Positions 1 to 10,249 of a stretch of 64,000 nucleotides of DNA are shown here, piece by piece (the first letter of the stretch is position 1; each line of letters starts with the position of its first letter). Origin of the DNA: a virus; the IMG/VR virus record IMGVR_UViG_3300005077_000006, positions 53,685 through 117,684 of that record; one strand, 5' to 3'. Position numbers and translations under genes: made by a program. The notes below the pieces were generated by a model, which was not told where the DNA came from, ran no database searches, and was given only the letters and a program-made list of their open reading frames with translations.

Positions 1-104
1 GCGGGAGGTCGGTGTTCTCGTTCCTCTTCACGTTCTTCCTCCATAGCTCGCGTTCATCGGTTCGGTTCCACACCCGGTAGGTGCCGCTGATGTTTGCCTT
101 TGCC

Positions 105-581
105 CTAGTCATCGAGGGGGATCGCCGGGATGACGTAGGGCTTGGGGGTGCCGGGCAGGTTCGCTGGGGCCTGCTCCTCCTCGTGGAAGGCTGCCCGCAC
201 GATCTCGTTGTCCACCTCACCCTGCCTGGTCATCTGATCGAGCAGCTCGGTGTCCACGGTGTAGGAGACGACCTCGGTGAGGATCAACTCCGCTTGGGCG
301 GCCGGCAGAGCGTTCGCCAGGAACTCGGCGTCGTACCAGCGCTTGTACTTCTTCTGGGCACCGATGCTGCCGACCGAGTACTTGTCCTGGTCGAGGGTGC
401 GGAGGTGGCTCTTGACGGCGCGGGTGGCATCATCGAGTGCGCGGTTGTAGCCGTCGACGAGCTGCTCGTACTCCTTCAGGACTTCTCGGATGTCGAGATC
501 GCGGAGGAACGTGAGCAGCGTTTGCCGAGCCGCCTCGAATCTCTCCACAGCACGCTCAGCGAGATTTGGCGCGTCGGGCAT
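105..581 (-). CDS. hypothetical protein (helical)
   Basis: Start re-called to ATG at 581 (MPDAPN...), with GGAG upstream and overlap with the end of the UDG gene; no recognised motif. Confidence 0.6.
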   Translation of the reverse strand: MPDAPNLAERAVERFEAARQTLLTFLRDLDIREVLKEYEQLVDGYNRALDDATRAVKSHLRTLDQDKYSVGSIGAQKKYKRWYDAEFLANALPAAQAELILTEVVSYTVDTELLDQMTRQGEVDNEIVRAAFHEEEQAPANLPGTPKPYVIPAIPLDD

Positions 582-1257
582 TGACCATCTCCTGTCTGTT
601 GGGTTTCGGGGTTCCGTAGTAGGCGGCACGCAGCTCATCGAGGATCTTCGCCGCCTTCACGAAATCTCTCAGCGTCTCCCCCCACGGCCCCTCCTTTCGC
701 CGGTCATGGGATCGGGCGAGGTAGGCGGTGTGGTAGATGGGGAGGATCGCGTAGTTGATGTTGGTCGCGCGTCCAGCCATGGTGAGTGTTCGCATGCGCC
801 CCCTGATGGACTTGGCCTGGGGCGCCTTGCCGGTGAGTACCTGGAAGGGCACCTTGCCCACCGTGATGATGAGGAAGGGATCGACCAGGTAGATGGTCTC
901 CATGAGTCGAGGGCGGCACGCCTCGCGCTCCACCTTGGAGGGCGGTCTGTTGTCCGTCCTGGCCTGTCCCGTGCGATCGTCGATGGCCTCCACAGTAGGC
1001 CGGCAGCAGACGACGTTGGTGATGTAGATGTCCTGGTCCCGGTCGAGCGACACGGCGTCGAGGAACTCGTCCAGCACTTCCCCGGCTCTTCCTTGGAAGG
1101 GGCGCCCGCTGGCATCCTCTTGCTCGCCGGGACCCTCTCCGATGATCAGGATGTCAGCATCGGGGTTGCCCTCCCCGAACACCAGGCTGGTGCGCGTCTT
1201 GTGGAGATCGCACCGCTTGCACTCTCCCCAGAACTTCTTCAGCTCTTGTAGACTCAC
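556..1257 (-). CDS. uracil-DNA glycosylase, family 4 (Fe-S)
   Basis: CKRCDL, VFGEGNPDA, GEGPGEQED..GRPFQGRAG, NVVCCRP, EACRP and YHTAY motifs typical of family-4 UDG. Confidence 0.9.
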   Translation of the reverse strand: MSLQELKKFWGECKRCDLHKTRTSLVFGEGNPDADILIIGEGPGEQEDASGRPFQGRAGEVLDEFLDAVSLDRDQDIYITNVVCCRPTVEAIDDRTGQARTDNRPPSKVEREACRPRLMETIYLVDPFLIITVGKVPFQVLTGKAPQAKSIRGRMRTLTMAGRATNINYAILPIYHTAYLARSHDRRKEGPWGETLRDFVKAAKILDELRAAYYGTPKPNRQEMVNARRAKSR

Positions 1258-1658
1258 GTGATCAGCCTCCCCTTGGGGCCGGCGCGCAGGCCATCAGGCG
1301 TGACCAACCCCGCCTCCTTGGCTCGGTGTGTCAGCTCCGCCGTCTCGCACTGCTTGATCTGCTCCAGCAGTGGGTCCATCGTCGCCTTGTCCTCGTCGGG
1401 CCGGATGTAGCTCTTGGGGCAGACCCTGATCTTGGCGGCAGAGCGGCAGAGACCTGCCGGGACGAGTTGGTTCTGGAGGATGACGCCGCCGCCCGGGTTG
1501 GGGATCAGGAGGGTACGCATGGTGCGGCACTCCTCCAGGACCAGGAACCCGCCGCCTTTCGCCACCTCCTCGATCTCCTCGTCGGTCAGTGGGGACTTGC
1601 CGACGTAGAGCATCTGGGGTGTCCCATCGGACACCATGATCCAGCGTGGATTGTTCAC
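1254..1658 (-). CDS. hypothetical protein
   Basis: GTG at 1658 with GGAGG RBS, GTGA overlap with the helicase stop and coupling to the UDG start. Confidence 0.6.
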   Translation of the reverse strand: MNNPRWIMVSDGTPQMLYVGKSPLTDEEIEEVAKGGGFLVLEECRTMRTLLIPNPGGGVILQNQLVPAGLCRSAAKIRVCPKSYIRPDEDKATMDPLLEQIKQCETAELTHRAKEAGLVTPDGLRAGPKGRLIT

Positions 1659-3109
1659 TTTGCTTCCTCCTGGGTGTAGGGTTTCAGGATCTTGTAGTCC
1701 AGCGGCCCGCCTTGCTCTTCTGGCCAGCGTCGGATCAGTCTCTTCAGGGTGCTGCACATCCTGTGCAACTTGGGCACGTAGATGTGATCGAGCACCACTA
1801 CCACTGGGGTCTTCTTCCCCTTGCGGTACCGCTGGATCCTTCCCATCCCCTGTTGCAGGGTGTTCAACCCGCCGTCCTCCACGGAGGAGCTACCGAACGG
1901 GGTGAGGAAGTACAGGGTGTCCAGTGTGGCTTCGTCCAGCGCCTCCTTCACGAGCTGGAGGGTTCCGAAGCTAAGTCTCTTTGAGCGCAGCGTGTCCAGG
2001 CGCTCCGCGGGCTTCTCCCTTCCAGTGCAGAGTCCGGAGTTCGCGAACATGCTGTTGAGTATTTGGAGCTGCTCGACGCTGTGACTCAGCACGAGAAGCT
2101 TGCGGCCCTTGTCTAGGGGCTGCTTCAGCTTGTTCGCGACGAACTCATTGCACTCAGGGAGACGCCCGAGGAATGTTCGAAGCTTGGGTATGTTCACCTT
2201 CCCGTTCCGATCGAAGATCCCTGTTTCGGGATGCTTCGCTTCCGGGGAAGCTTGATTGACGATGACCGGACACTCCTGGAAGTAGATGCGAGGAGTCAGG
2301 TCTTGTGCCAGATCGGAGTGGTAGGTGTCACCGATGTGGTACTGATAGATCGGCTCGAGGCCGTCCTCTCTGCTCACCGTTGCCGTGAGGCCCTGGCGCT
2401 CCCCGTAGAACATGGGGGCCGCCTTCACGAACAACGGGGCCGAGAGGTGGTGGACCTCGTCGTAGATGACGATGCCGAAGTAGCGTGCCATGTCCGCCGG
2501 GACATGCTCTGCGTGAAGGGCTAGCGTGTGGAGCATGGCAAGGCAGATCCCTCTGCCTTGCCAATCCCACTTGCTGGGAGCACCTTGGATGATCCCCACC
2601 CCGCCTGGCACAACGGCCAGGTGCTGCTGGATGCGGTCGTACCACTGATTGATGAGCGTGGTGTTGTTCACCACGACGAGCGCCGGCACCTTGCGCTGAG
2701 CGATCAGCTTCAGGGCCAGGACGGTCTTGCCTTTGCCGCAGGCCAGGTTGAGCAGGCCGCTCTTGGATGCCACGATGTTCGGCCAGGCATCACGCTGGGT
2801 GGTCTTGTCAGGTTCCACCGCATCGAGCGCGATGGATTCCTCGAATGGTACGTGTTGGAAGCGCGTGGGCTGTACGGAGATGATCGGGAAGGCCAGGTGA
2901 GGGTACTCGTGTCGCGGCACAAACTCACGCGGCACGATGATGTGGTCACTGTCCTCGTACCAGAGCTGCAGGTAGCTGATCCCCTCCTCGTCCATCACCG
3001 GGAACTCGAGCCCACTCTTCACAGAACGCACGTTGATGTGCTTCTTGGGCAGCCAAAGCTGCCGGCCGAAGTACCCCTTGTCGGGATCCTTCCGCACCAA
3101 CCTGATCAT
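1655..3109 (-). CDS. superfamily 2 DExH helicase (UvsW/XPB-like)
   Basis: Walker A LACGKGKT, DEVHH, motif III TAT, motif VI QGMGRIQR; ATG at 3109 follows AGGAGG. Confidence 0.9.
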   Translation of the reverse strand: MIRLVRKDPDKGYFGRQLWLPKKHINVRSVKSGLEFPVMDEEGISYLQLWYEDSDHIIVPREFVPRHEYPHLAFPIISVQPTRFQHVPFEESIALDAVEPDKTTQRDAWPNIVASKSGLLNLACGKGKTVLALKLIAQRKVPALVVVNNTTLINQWYDRIQQHLAVVPGGVGIIQGAPSKWDWQGRGICLAMLHTLALHAEHVPADMARYFGIVIYDEVHHLSAPLFVKAAPMFYGERQGLTATVSREDGLEPIYQYHIGDTYHSDLAQDLTPRIYFQECPVIVNQASPEAKHPETGIFDRNGKVNIPKLRTFLGRLPECNEFVANKLKQPLDKGRKLLVLSHSVEQLQILNSMFANSGLCTGREKPAERLDTLRSKRLSFGTLQLVKEALDEATLDTLYFLTPFGSSSVEDGGLNTLQQGMGRIQRYRKGKKTPVVVVLDHIYVPKLHRMCSTLKRLIRRWPEEQGGPLDYKILKPYTQEEAK

Positions 3110-3238
3110 GCGTCCTCCTACTTTTGGGACATGATTGCACATAAGTCAGTCAACTACTGGTAACTACTGAGTTGTGCTTCTGGGAGTGGGCCTAGCGTCC
3201 GCTGGTAAGCCCTATTTGGACATACTCGGTATGTCCTG

Positions 3239-3607
3239 TCAACGGAATCTGAAGTTCCTGAAGAACTGCCAGGCCTCGTAGAAGAGGCCGCGCAGGGCGC
3301 CGGCGGCGCAGTCCTTGGCGAAGCGCTCGACTGGCTTCTCTCCCTCCTCCACGATGCCGCTCTCGTAGTTGGAGGACACGCCATCGTCATCGCCGCGTCG
3401 GTAGGTTCGTCGGTAGGGGTTGCTGTTCGAGACCGCGGGACGGACCGCGGTGGGGCGTTCTCCTCTGTCTGAGTAGGAACGGCAGGAGTGCTGGTGCATG
3501 CAGCCCTGGCACTCGAAGTCGTTCGGGTCGTAGGTGTTTGGGTTGCCCCAGCACGTTGGCTTCTCCGACGGGCTGGTGCGGATCTTGACGTGATCGCCGT
3601 AGGCCAT
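3239..3607 (-). CDS. small Cys-cluster (Zn/Fe-S) protein
   Basis: CWG-x10-ECQGC-x4-C pattern; strong GAGGAGGAG RBS. Confidence 0.65.
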   Translation of the reverse strand: MAYGDHVKIRTSPSEKPTCWGNPNTYDPNDFECQGCMHQHSCRSYSDRGERPTAVRPAVSNSNPYRRTYRRGDDDGVSSNYESGIVEEGEKPVERFAKDCAAGALRGLFYEAWQFFRNFRFR

Positions 3608-3646
3608 GCTCCTCCTCGGGCTAGTTGTGGGGTTCTAGATGAAGCA

Positions 3647-3672
3647 CTTATAACAGCCCGTAAGGACTTTTT
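3647..3672 (-). promoter_or_regulatory. conserved leftward promoter-like motif (AAA...GTTATAAG)
   Basis: One of 7 copies of G[GTA][TG]ATAAG on the - strand in intergenic DNA; 40 bp upstream of ORF 3239..3607. Confidence 0.6.
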
Positions 3673-3700
3673 GCGGGTGCGGGTGTACAGTGCTGGGTGG

Positions 3701-3730
3701 TTGACCCCGCTGCCTGTGGGGTCGTAGTAT
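3701..3730 (+). promoter_or_regulatory. sigma70-like promoter
   Basis: TTGACC-N18-TAGTAT, 23 bp before ATG 3754. Confidence 0.55.
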
Positions 3731-3753
3731 CAGTCAAGGATCACGAGGTAGCC

Positions 3754-5208
3754 ATGCACACCGGATCGATCGTCGACTTCTACGATGACCCCCAAGGTTC
3801 CGTGCTCAAGTCCCGTCTCCCTGGGGACCAGGTGCCGGACTTCATCAAGCAAGCGGAGTTCCTCACGGACCAGGTACGCGACAAGCTACCGGACGACGTG
3901 TTCGCCCTGGTGATGATCGACCAAGGTGAGCGCATGAGGAAGTACGCCTGCACGGACAAGGGCAACACGGCGCTCTCCGTGATCTACTTCATGGAGAATC
4001 GTGACCGGCTGCCCGAGGAAGCGCAGAAGGTGGCCGCGGCCAACCTGGCCAGGGCGTGTCAGTGGTACGATCTCCAGCCTCCGCTCGAGCTGTTCAAGGT
4101 GGCTGGCCTCTTCAGCTTCCTTGCCAAGAAGCCAACGCGGCTACTCAACACGGCCATGGTTGGCAGCGACATCGCATCTCGTGGATCGGAGGGCATGGCC
4201 CGACACACCGAGGCGATGGGCAAGGTGGGCGACCTCACCGGCTCGGAGATCATGCCGCTCTCCAGCAACGTGAAGACGGCTGAGCGACAGATGCGGATTA
4301 CAATCACTCACCGGCGAGACACGCCAGAGGCGGTGCGTCGGCTCAGGGAAAGGGAAGTGGGCTTCATGACGCGGCAGGGTCAAGAGATCCTGAAGCGGAA
4401 GGATCTCGCTCCGCACATTCGGAAGGAGTGGGAGCAGTACTTCGACGCGGACGATGCCGGTAAGCAGAAGATGATGCGGGCGTGGGAGAAGCAGGGATCA
4501 GCGCTGCATCCCCACGTGGATGTCACCGGCAAGCAGCCGCCCGAGAAGATCAAGAGGGCCAGCGCCCGCCGGTTCTGCATGGTGAAGGAGGGCCAGGCCA
4601 AGTTCCCGATCGACAGCTACGGCCAGGTGGCCGATGCCGTCGGCTACTTCGAGAAGCACGCCCAGTCCATGCACCCGGCAGATCGCCGGATGTACTGCAC
4701 CAATCTGACCCGCCGGGCGGACGAGTTGGGGATCAACGTCCCCTACGACATCCGGAAGTACGGCTCCGCCGGCTACGCGCCGGATGGAGAGATCAACGTG
4801 GCAGTCGCCACGAGGATGCAGCACTGGGCGGATGACTCGCCCGAGCGGGACATGCTGAAGAGCCTGATGGAGAAGGTGGGGTCGGTGCATCCCGACGTCT
4901 TCTGCGCGGCTCTTCAGCAGTTCGATGAGGCCACAGGGATGCACTACCTGTGGGATGACGCGATCTACGATCCCTACTACTCCACCTACGGCTTCGTGAA
5001 GAAGGCGGAGTGGAAGTGGGAGGACGGCAACGATCGCCTGACCGAGGACCAACTCAACCTGTCCGCCAGGAAGGACTTCGACGCGATCAAGAAGGCCTTC
5101 GGGTGTGAGCTCGCCCAGGAATTCCGGGAGAAGCCGCAGCAGATTTTCGATTCCCTCCCCCTGGATTCCAAGCGTATCATTGCGCGGATGGCAAACGACC
5201 CCCAGTAG
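3754..5208 (+). CDS. putative virion (head) protein with internal repeat
   Basis: ATG 3754 after GAGG; two related segments (LPDDVFALV..RKYAC / RFCMV..KFPID); many K-x-[A/G] sites. Confidence 0.6.
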   Translation: MHTGSIVDFYDDPQGSVLKSRLPGDQVPDFIKQAEFLTDQVRDKLPDDVFALVMIDQGERMRKYACTDKGNTALSVIYFMENRDRLPEEAQKVAAANLARACQWYDLQPPLELFKVAGLFSFLAKKPTRLLNTAMVGSDIASRGSEGMARHTEAMGKVGDLTGSEIMPLSSNVKTAERQMRITITHRRDTPEAVRRLREREVGFMTRQGQEILKRKDLAPHIRKEWEQYFDADDAGKQKMMRAWEKQGSALHPHVDVTGKQPPEKIKRASARRFCMVKEGQAKFPIDSYGQVADAVGYFEKHAQSMHPADRRMYCTNLTRRADELGINVPYDIRKYGSAGYAPDGEINVAVATRMQHWADDSPERDMLKSLMEKVGSVHPDVFCAALQQFDEATGMHYLWDDAIYDPYYSTYGFVKKAEWKWEDGNDRLTEDQLNLSARKDFDAIKKAFGCELAQEFREKPQQIFDSLPLDSKRIIARMANDPQ

Positions 5209-5211
5209 GAG

Positions 5212-5943
5212 ATGACGATGGCAAAGCAGAGCAAGTCGTTCGGTACGCAGCGGGCGCAGAAGGCCCACCTCATGCAGCAGACGGGCGGTCTCGCGGCGGA
5301 GATCAAGGACCTCCGTGATGACGTCGAGGAGGGCTTCCAGAACAACGAGGCGCGGGCAGGCTTCCCGGCGCTCGACGCGCTCGATCCCGGCACCCTCCTG
5401 GCCGCGGGCCAGGCGTCGTTCGTGCTGGTGGGGAGGAACCTCCTGCAGGGGCAGACCTTCGACAGCCACATCAGCGGCACCGGCAACGCCCAGGTCACCG
5501 TCACGATGCTGAAGCCGGGCAAGAGCGGCGTGAGCTTCGAGGTGGTGCAGGGCGCGGGCGCCCTCGCTGCCGTGTTGGCAGCCGGCAAGCTGACCGTCAC
5601 CCTCGCGGCCGGCGGCAGCACGGCGACGCAGGTGGCGGCAGCCATCAACGCGGCGGCCTCCTGCATCGGCGTCATCCACGCGGTGGCCGGTGGCACGGGC
5701 GGCAGCAACGTCGTGGTCGAGGCCGAGACGGATCTGGCCGGTGGCGTCGGCGACTACGCCGGCAACGCGGTCTACATCAACGGCCAGTCCTGCAACCCGG
5801 TTCAGGCGGCGAGCCAGTGGACCAACACCTCGATCACCGTGCTGGTGCCGGCCCTGACGGGGCGCGTGGCCACCGACATCGTGGCGGTGGTGGTCCTGTC
5901 GAACGGCGTGAGCACTGGCCAGCTCAGCGCGGTTCTGACGTAG
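5212..5943 (+). CDS. putative virion structural protein (beta-rich, Ig/IPT-like C-terminus)
   Basis: G/A/V/T-rich; TATQVAAAINAA and WTNTSITVLVP segments. Confidence 0.55.
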   Translation: MTMAKQSKSFGTQRAQKAHLMQQTGGLAAEIKDLRDDVEEGFQNNEARAGFPALDALDPGTLLAAGQASFVLVGRNLLQGQTFDSHISGTGNAQVTVTMLKPGKSGVSFEVVQGAGALAAVLAAGKLTVTLAAGGSTATQVAAAINAAASCIGVIHAVAGGTGGSNVVVEAETDLAGGVGDYAGNAVYINGQSCNPVQAASQWTNTSITVLVPALTGRVATDIVAVVVLSNGVSTGQLSAVLT

Positions 5944-5955
5944 TAGCAGATCGGT

Positions 5956-6846
5956 GTGGCTACGCATGAAGAACAGCTACTGGCCGTTCTGGAGAAGATC
6001 GGTCAGCCGCAGGTATCTGCGGACACACCATCCGTGCTGGATGCGGATGACGCCAGCGCCAGCCATGTAGAGACGGCTGGTTCATCCGCAGATCCAAACA
6101 CCGAGGCCGACGGCGAGGAGCTCGTCGCGGTCAACACGGAGCGGCCAGGGTTGCCGGAGGATTCTCTGGCGCCCATCACCGGCCGCAACCTGTGGGTGCA
6201 TCACGACACCCACCCAGTGGTCTACGATGTGGCCCTGCTCAAGGAGTACGGGGCCGACTGGTTCACGTGGGAGCCGGAGACTCTGTGGAAGGAGATCCGG
6301 GAGGACTTCCACCTACCAGGCATCAGTGACCACGCGCGCACCAAGATCCAGGCGATCAAGACCCTCCACATCAACGAGTGGTTCTGGCAGCGATGGGAGG
6401 TGTTCTGCTGGATCAACCAAGCGCTGAACAACAACATCCCCGACTTCCAGGTACTCCAGAAGCCGTCCATCCCGCAGCTCTTCAACTCCATCGACATCGG
6501 TACCATGGTGCGCGATGACGAGGAGTTCACCCCCGAGCTCCAGATGTTCGTGGCCGCGGCGATGGTAGAGGAGGGGGTGTTCTACGCGCCGGCCCCGGTT
6601 GCCTTCTGCCAGGACGAGATAGTACAACTGTTGGAGTGGCGGCAGATTGGCACAGGCTTGATCAAGCAGGTGCAGGAGCGGTACCGGGAGATCAGTCAGA
6701 TCTCAGCAGAGGCATGGGCCAACTCACCTGAGCCGATCTTGCGAGAGGACGTGGTGGACATCCAGGTAGCCAAACTGAAAGTTGCGTGCGACTATCTGGA
6801 TCTACGCCGCCGACAGCTCCAGGAGCAACTGAGGCTGCTGAAATGA
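5956..6846 (+). CDS. hypothetical protein in virion operon
   Basis: Coupled ORF; N-terminal LLAVLEKIG motif. Confidence 0.6.
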   Translation: MATHEEQLLAVLEKIGQPQVSADTPSVLDADDASASHVETAGSSADPNTEADGEELVAVNTERPGLPEDSLAPITGRNLWVHHDTHPVVYDVALLKEYGADWFTWEPETLWKEIREDFHLPGISDHARTKIQAIKTLHINEWFWQRWEVFCWINQALNNNIPDFQVLQKPSIPQLFNSIDIGTMVRDDEEFTPELQMFVAAAMVEEGVFYAPAPVAFCQDEIVQLLEWRQIGTGLIKQVQERYREISQISAEAWANSPEPILREDVVDIQVAKLKVACDYLDLRRRQLQEQLRLLK

Positions 6847-7745
6847 ACTACATCACTGCCTACCACATGCAGGGGTTCGTCGCGGAGCTGGAGAAGCAAG
6901 GCGGCGTCGGCGACTTCCTGAAGAGCCACCTCGCTGGTCGATACGGCAGGCAGTTGGCTCTCGGTGCTGGTCTCGGTGCGGTGGGTGGTGCTGTGACCGG
7001 GGACGAGGAGAACTGGAAGGGGCGGGCGCTGAAGGGGGCGCTGCTTGGTGGTGGGGTGGCGGGCGGGCGCATCCTCGCAACGAAGGCGGGGAGAGAGGCA
7101 GCACGCCAGGGGCTCAGCCGCTTCGGTGAGCGGCAGCTCTACTCACTCACCGGCAAGGGCTACGGTGGTCGGAACATCGACGTGAGCGAAGCCCGGAAGC
7201 TAGGGATCCTCAAGACGCCCAACTTCGAGCAGATCTCCGACAAGCCGGGCATGCTGGACAGGCTCACAGCCAAGGTGACCGGCAAGCCTGCGCAGTCTCC
7301 GTTCCTTCGCGAGGCGAAGCGTCACGCGGCGGAGACGGAGGCCTTCGAGAAGGGCTTCCACAACATCCCGGGCGTGCTCCACGGCGCTCTCACGCGTCCT
7401 GGTGAGCTCCTCAGCTCTGGCTGGCAGCGTGGCGGTCGTATGGGCAAGGCCTTTGCGATCGGAGGGCTGGGGAGCGCCGCTTACGGGATGACCAAGAAGC
7501 CAGAGGAGGGTGGGCCTGGTCGACTGGAGAACGCGCTGCGCTCAGCGGGCTCGACGCTCGGCTACATGGTGGCGCCCGGCGGCATGCTGGCGTCGTCGAT
7601 CGTGGCTGGGATGGGCAGCAAGGCGGGCGGCATGGCTGGGAAGGCGGGGGATGTGGCGGGTCGGCTGGTATCTCGAGGTGAGGCTCCAGCCGAGCAAGCC
7701 CACTACCCGGCTGAGTACGCGGCCCAGCCGACCGAGTGGAGGTAG
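6843..7745 (+). CDS. Gly-zipper membrane-type protein with ELEKxG leader (putative virion cargo)
   Basis: ATGA overlap start at 6843; MNYITAYHMQGFVAELEKQGG leader; several GxxxG hydrophobic helices. Confidence 0.7.
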   Translation: MNYITAYHMQGFVAELEKQGGVGDFLKSHLAGRYGRQLALGAGLGAVGGAVTGDEENWKGRALKGALLGGGVAGGRILATKAGREAARQGLSRFGERQLYSLTGKGYGGRNIDVSEARKLGILKTPNFEQISDKPGMLDRLTAKVTGKPAQSPFLREAKRHAAETEAFEKGFHNIPGVLHGALTRPGELLSSGWQRGGRMGKAFAIGGLGSAAYGMTKKPEEGGPGRLENALRSAGSTLGYMVAPGGMLASSIVAGMGSKAGGMAGKAGDVAGRLVSRGEAPAEQAHYPAEYAAQPTEWR

Positions 7746-7748
7746 CCT

Positions 7749-9791
7749 GTGCCGTTCGGCGGGGAGATCGCATCTCAATCTGCTCTTCGCTTCGCTCCTC
7801 TGAGGGGGCGAACAGGGGGCACCTCAGACTACGGTCTGCAGTACCCGAGTCCGTTCTTCGACATCGGGCACACCTATCTGCCATCCACCGTGAAGCAGAT
7901 GTTCCGGTGGTGCAGGTACTACTTCCTGGTCAACCCGCTGATCAACGCGGTCGTGTTCAAGATGTCGGAGTATCCGATCACCGACATCTTGTTCGACACG
8001 GAGCGGCTCGAGCTGAAGGAGAAGTGGCAGGACTTCCTGCTGGATCATCTCCGGTACCGCGCTTTCCAGGTGGAGATCGGGCTCGACTACCACACCTACG
8101 GGAACGCCCTGGTCAGCATCTTCTACCCCTTCGTGAAGATGCTGGAGTGCCGGGAGTGCCACTACAAGGAGCCGGCGAGGGACGCGAACTACCGCTTCCA
8201 GAGCAACCAGTTCTTCACCCACTGTCCCAAGTGCGGGCACCACGGTCCGGCCAAGGCCTACGATCGGTACATCAAGGCGCCCAAGGGGATCCGCCTGCTC
8301 CGGTGGAATCCCGAGGACGTGGACATCCGCTACAACGACATCACCGGGGACTACGAGTACTACTACCAGATCCCTGTGCAGCTCCGGAACGACATCCTCA
8401 TCGGCAAGAAGTCCACCGTCGAGACAGTTCCGCAGCTCTTCATCGACGCGCTTCGCCTGAAGAAGGCGGTCGTCTTCTCCAAGGACAACATCTACCACTT
8501 CAAGCGGCCGACGCTGGCCGGGAAGGACCGAGGCTGGGGAACGCCGATGATCCTCCCGGTGCTGAAGGACACCTTCTACCTTCAGATCTTGAGGAAAGCC
8601 CAGGAGGCGATTGCTCTCGAGCACATCGTCCCCTTGCGGATCATCTTCCCGCAAGCCGGTTCTGCGACGTCCGATCCCTACACCTCCGTGAACCTCCAGG
8701 ATTGGAGGGATCAGGTGGCAGGAGAGATACGGCGTTGGCGGGCGGACAACAACTACATCCCGATCATGCCGCTCCCCCTTGGGAACCAAACCATTGGCGG
8801 AGATGGGCGGGCCTTGCTCTTGAGCCAGGAGATCCGGGTGTGGTCCGAGCAGATCGTCGCCGGGATGGGAATCCCGGTGGAGCTCGTGTTCGGTGGTCTG
8901 AGCTACTCCGGTAGCAACGTCAGCTTGCGGATGCTAGAGAACACCTTCCTGGGCTACCTTCAGGATCACCTCACGCTGCTGAAGTGGATCATCAGAAGTA
9001 CCAGCGCCTACCTGGGCTGGTCCACCGTGCGGCCACGCTTCAAGCCGTTCAAGATGGCGGACGACCTGCAGCGGAAGGCCTACCTCTTCCAGCTCAACCA
9101 GGCCAACAAGCTCTCCGACGAGTCCCTCATGGCGGACGCGGACTACGACTCCGCCAAGGAGGACAAGATCATGGAGCGCGAGGCCACGCGGCGGGTCGAG
9201 GCGCAGAAGAAGCGCGTCCTGCAGGATGCAGACATGCAGGGCGAGGCCCAGATGGTCTCCATGAAGTGGCAGATGAAGCTCCAAGACCAGCAGATGAAGT
9301 CGCAGATGGCTGCCCAGACGGAGGTCATGAAGGAGCAGATGGCCACCCAGACGGAGGCCCAGAAGCAGATGATGATGGACCAGATGGCCATGCAGTCCGG
9401 TCAGCCGCCGCAGGAGGCGCCGCCGGAGATGCAGCCGCTGCCACGCCATCCCGAGCTGCTCGAGCCCCCGCCGGAGATCCAGTCCCCGCTGACCGCTCGA
9501 GCGGTCAGACCGCTCGCTCCCAACACCACGGGGGAGGAGTTGATGGGGAGGCAGAACGTCGACCTGTTGCTCATGGGAAGGCAGCTCGCTGATCGGATCT
9601 CCAACCTGCCTCCTGTCGTACGTCCACGCGCGCTGGCTGAGCTCAAGTCCCAGCAACCGGAGCTCCACGATGTGGTTCTGGGGCTAATGGTTTCCGGCGG
9701 CAACGGTCCGACGCAAGCCGCAGCCGCGGCGGCCCGACCTCTGCCTGAGCAGAAGCCAGCCCGCCGCGGCCCGGAAGCACAGCTCATCTAG
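7749..9791 (+). CDS. portal protein with inserted Zn ribbon
   Basis: Portal-like segments (NPLINAVV, DYHTYGNA, IYHFKR..GWGTPMILPVLK, GMGIPVELVFGG); CREC...CPKC insert; Q/M-rich coiled-coil tail. Confidence 0.7.
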   Translation: MPFGGEIASQSALRFAPLRGRTGGTSDYGLQYPSPFFDIGHTYLPSTVKQMFRWCRYYFLVNPLINAVVFKMSEYPITDILFDTERLELKEKWQDFLLDHLRYRAFQVEIGLDYHTYGNALVSIFYPFVKMLECRECHYKEPARDANYRFQSNQFFTHCPKCGHHGPAKAYDRYIKAPKGIRLLRWNPEDVDIRYNDITGDYEYYYQIPVQLRNDILIGKKSTVETVPQLFIDALRLKKAVVFSKDNIYHFKRPTLAGKDRGWGTPMILPVLKDTFYLQILRKAQEAIALEHIVPLRIIFPQAGSATSDPYTSVNLQDWRDQVAGEIRRWRADNNYIPIMPLPLGNQTIGGDGRALLLSQEIRVWSEQIVAGMGIPVELVFGGLSYSGSNVSLRMLENTFLGYLQDHLTLLKWIIRSTSAYLGWSTVRPRFKPFKMADDLQRKAYLFQLNQANKLSDESLMADADYDSAKEDKIMEREATRRVEAQKKRVLQDADMQGEAQMVSMKWQMKLQDQQMKSQMAAQTEVMKEQMATQTEAQKQMMMDQMAMQSGQPPQEAPPEMQPLPRHPELLEPPPEIQSPLTARAVRPLAPNTTGEELMGRQNVDLLLMGRQLADRISNLPPVVRPRALAELKSQQPELHDVVLGLMVSGGNGPTQAAAAAARPLPEQKPARRGPEAQLI

Positions 9792-10234
9792 GGCTTCACC
9801 AGCTTCAGCTTCATCTGCTGAAGCCCTTCCTTCTCCTTCCGCTTGAGTCTCTCCCTGACCATCTTCTGCCACGCGGTCAGGAAGTTCCTCCGCTGCAGGT
9901 GGTAGTTCCGCGCCGTGTAGAACAGGTACGGCGGGTCCTCGGACTGATGCCCTCCCGCTAGGAAGTGCATCTTCAGGTACTGCACCCTCTCCTTCGGGAA
10001 CCAGCAGATGTGATCGCCATCTCTCTCCCGGTCCCCGTCGGGATTCGCGCACATGAAGTAGACTCCCCGGGCCTCACCTTGCAGTTGGAATAGGTAGTCG
10101 TTGAGGTGGGAGTCGGTTTCGTGGTGGCACCGCAAGTCTAGGGCGTCCCGCTGCTCTTCCGGGGATGCGTCCTCTGGTAGTCCGAGGAGACGCAGCTTCT
10201 CCACCTCTAGGTAGAGTGATTCCCCTCGTTTCAT
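9788..10234 (-). CDS. hypothetical protein
   Basis: ATG with AAGGAG RBS; convergent with the portal gene. Confidence 0.6.
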   Translation of the reverse strand: MKRGESLYLEVEKLRLLGLPEDASPEEQRDALDLRCHHETDSHLNDYLFQLQGEARGVYFMCANPDGDRERDGDHICWFPKERVQYLKMHFLAGGHQSEDPPYLFYTARNYHLQRRNFLTAWQKMVRERLKRKEKEGLQQMKLKLVKP

Positions 10235-10249
10235 GATCGTACTCCTTGT

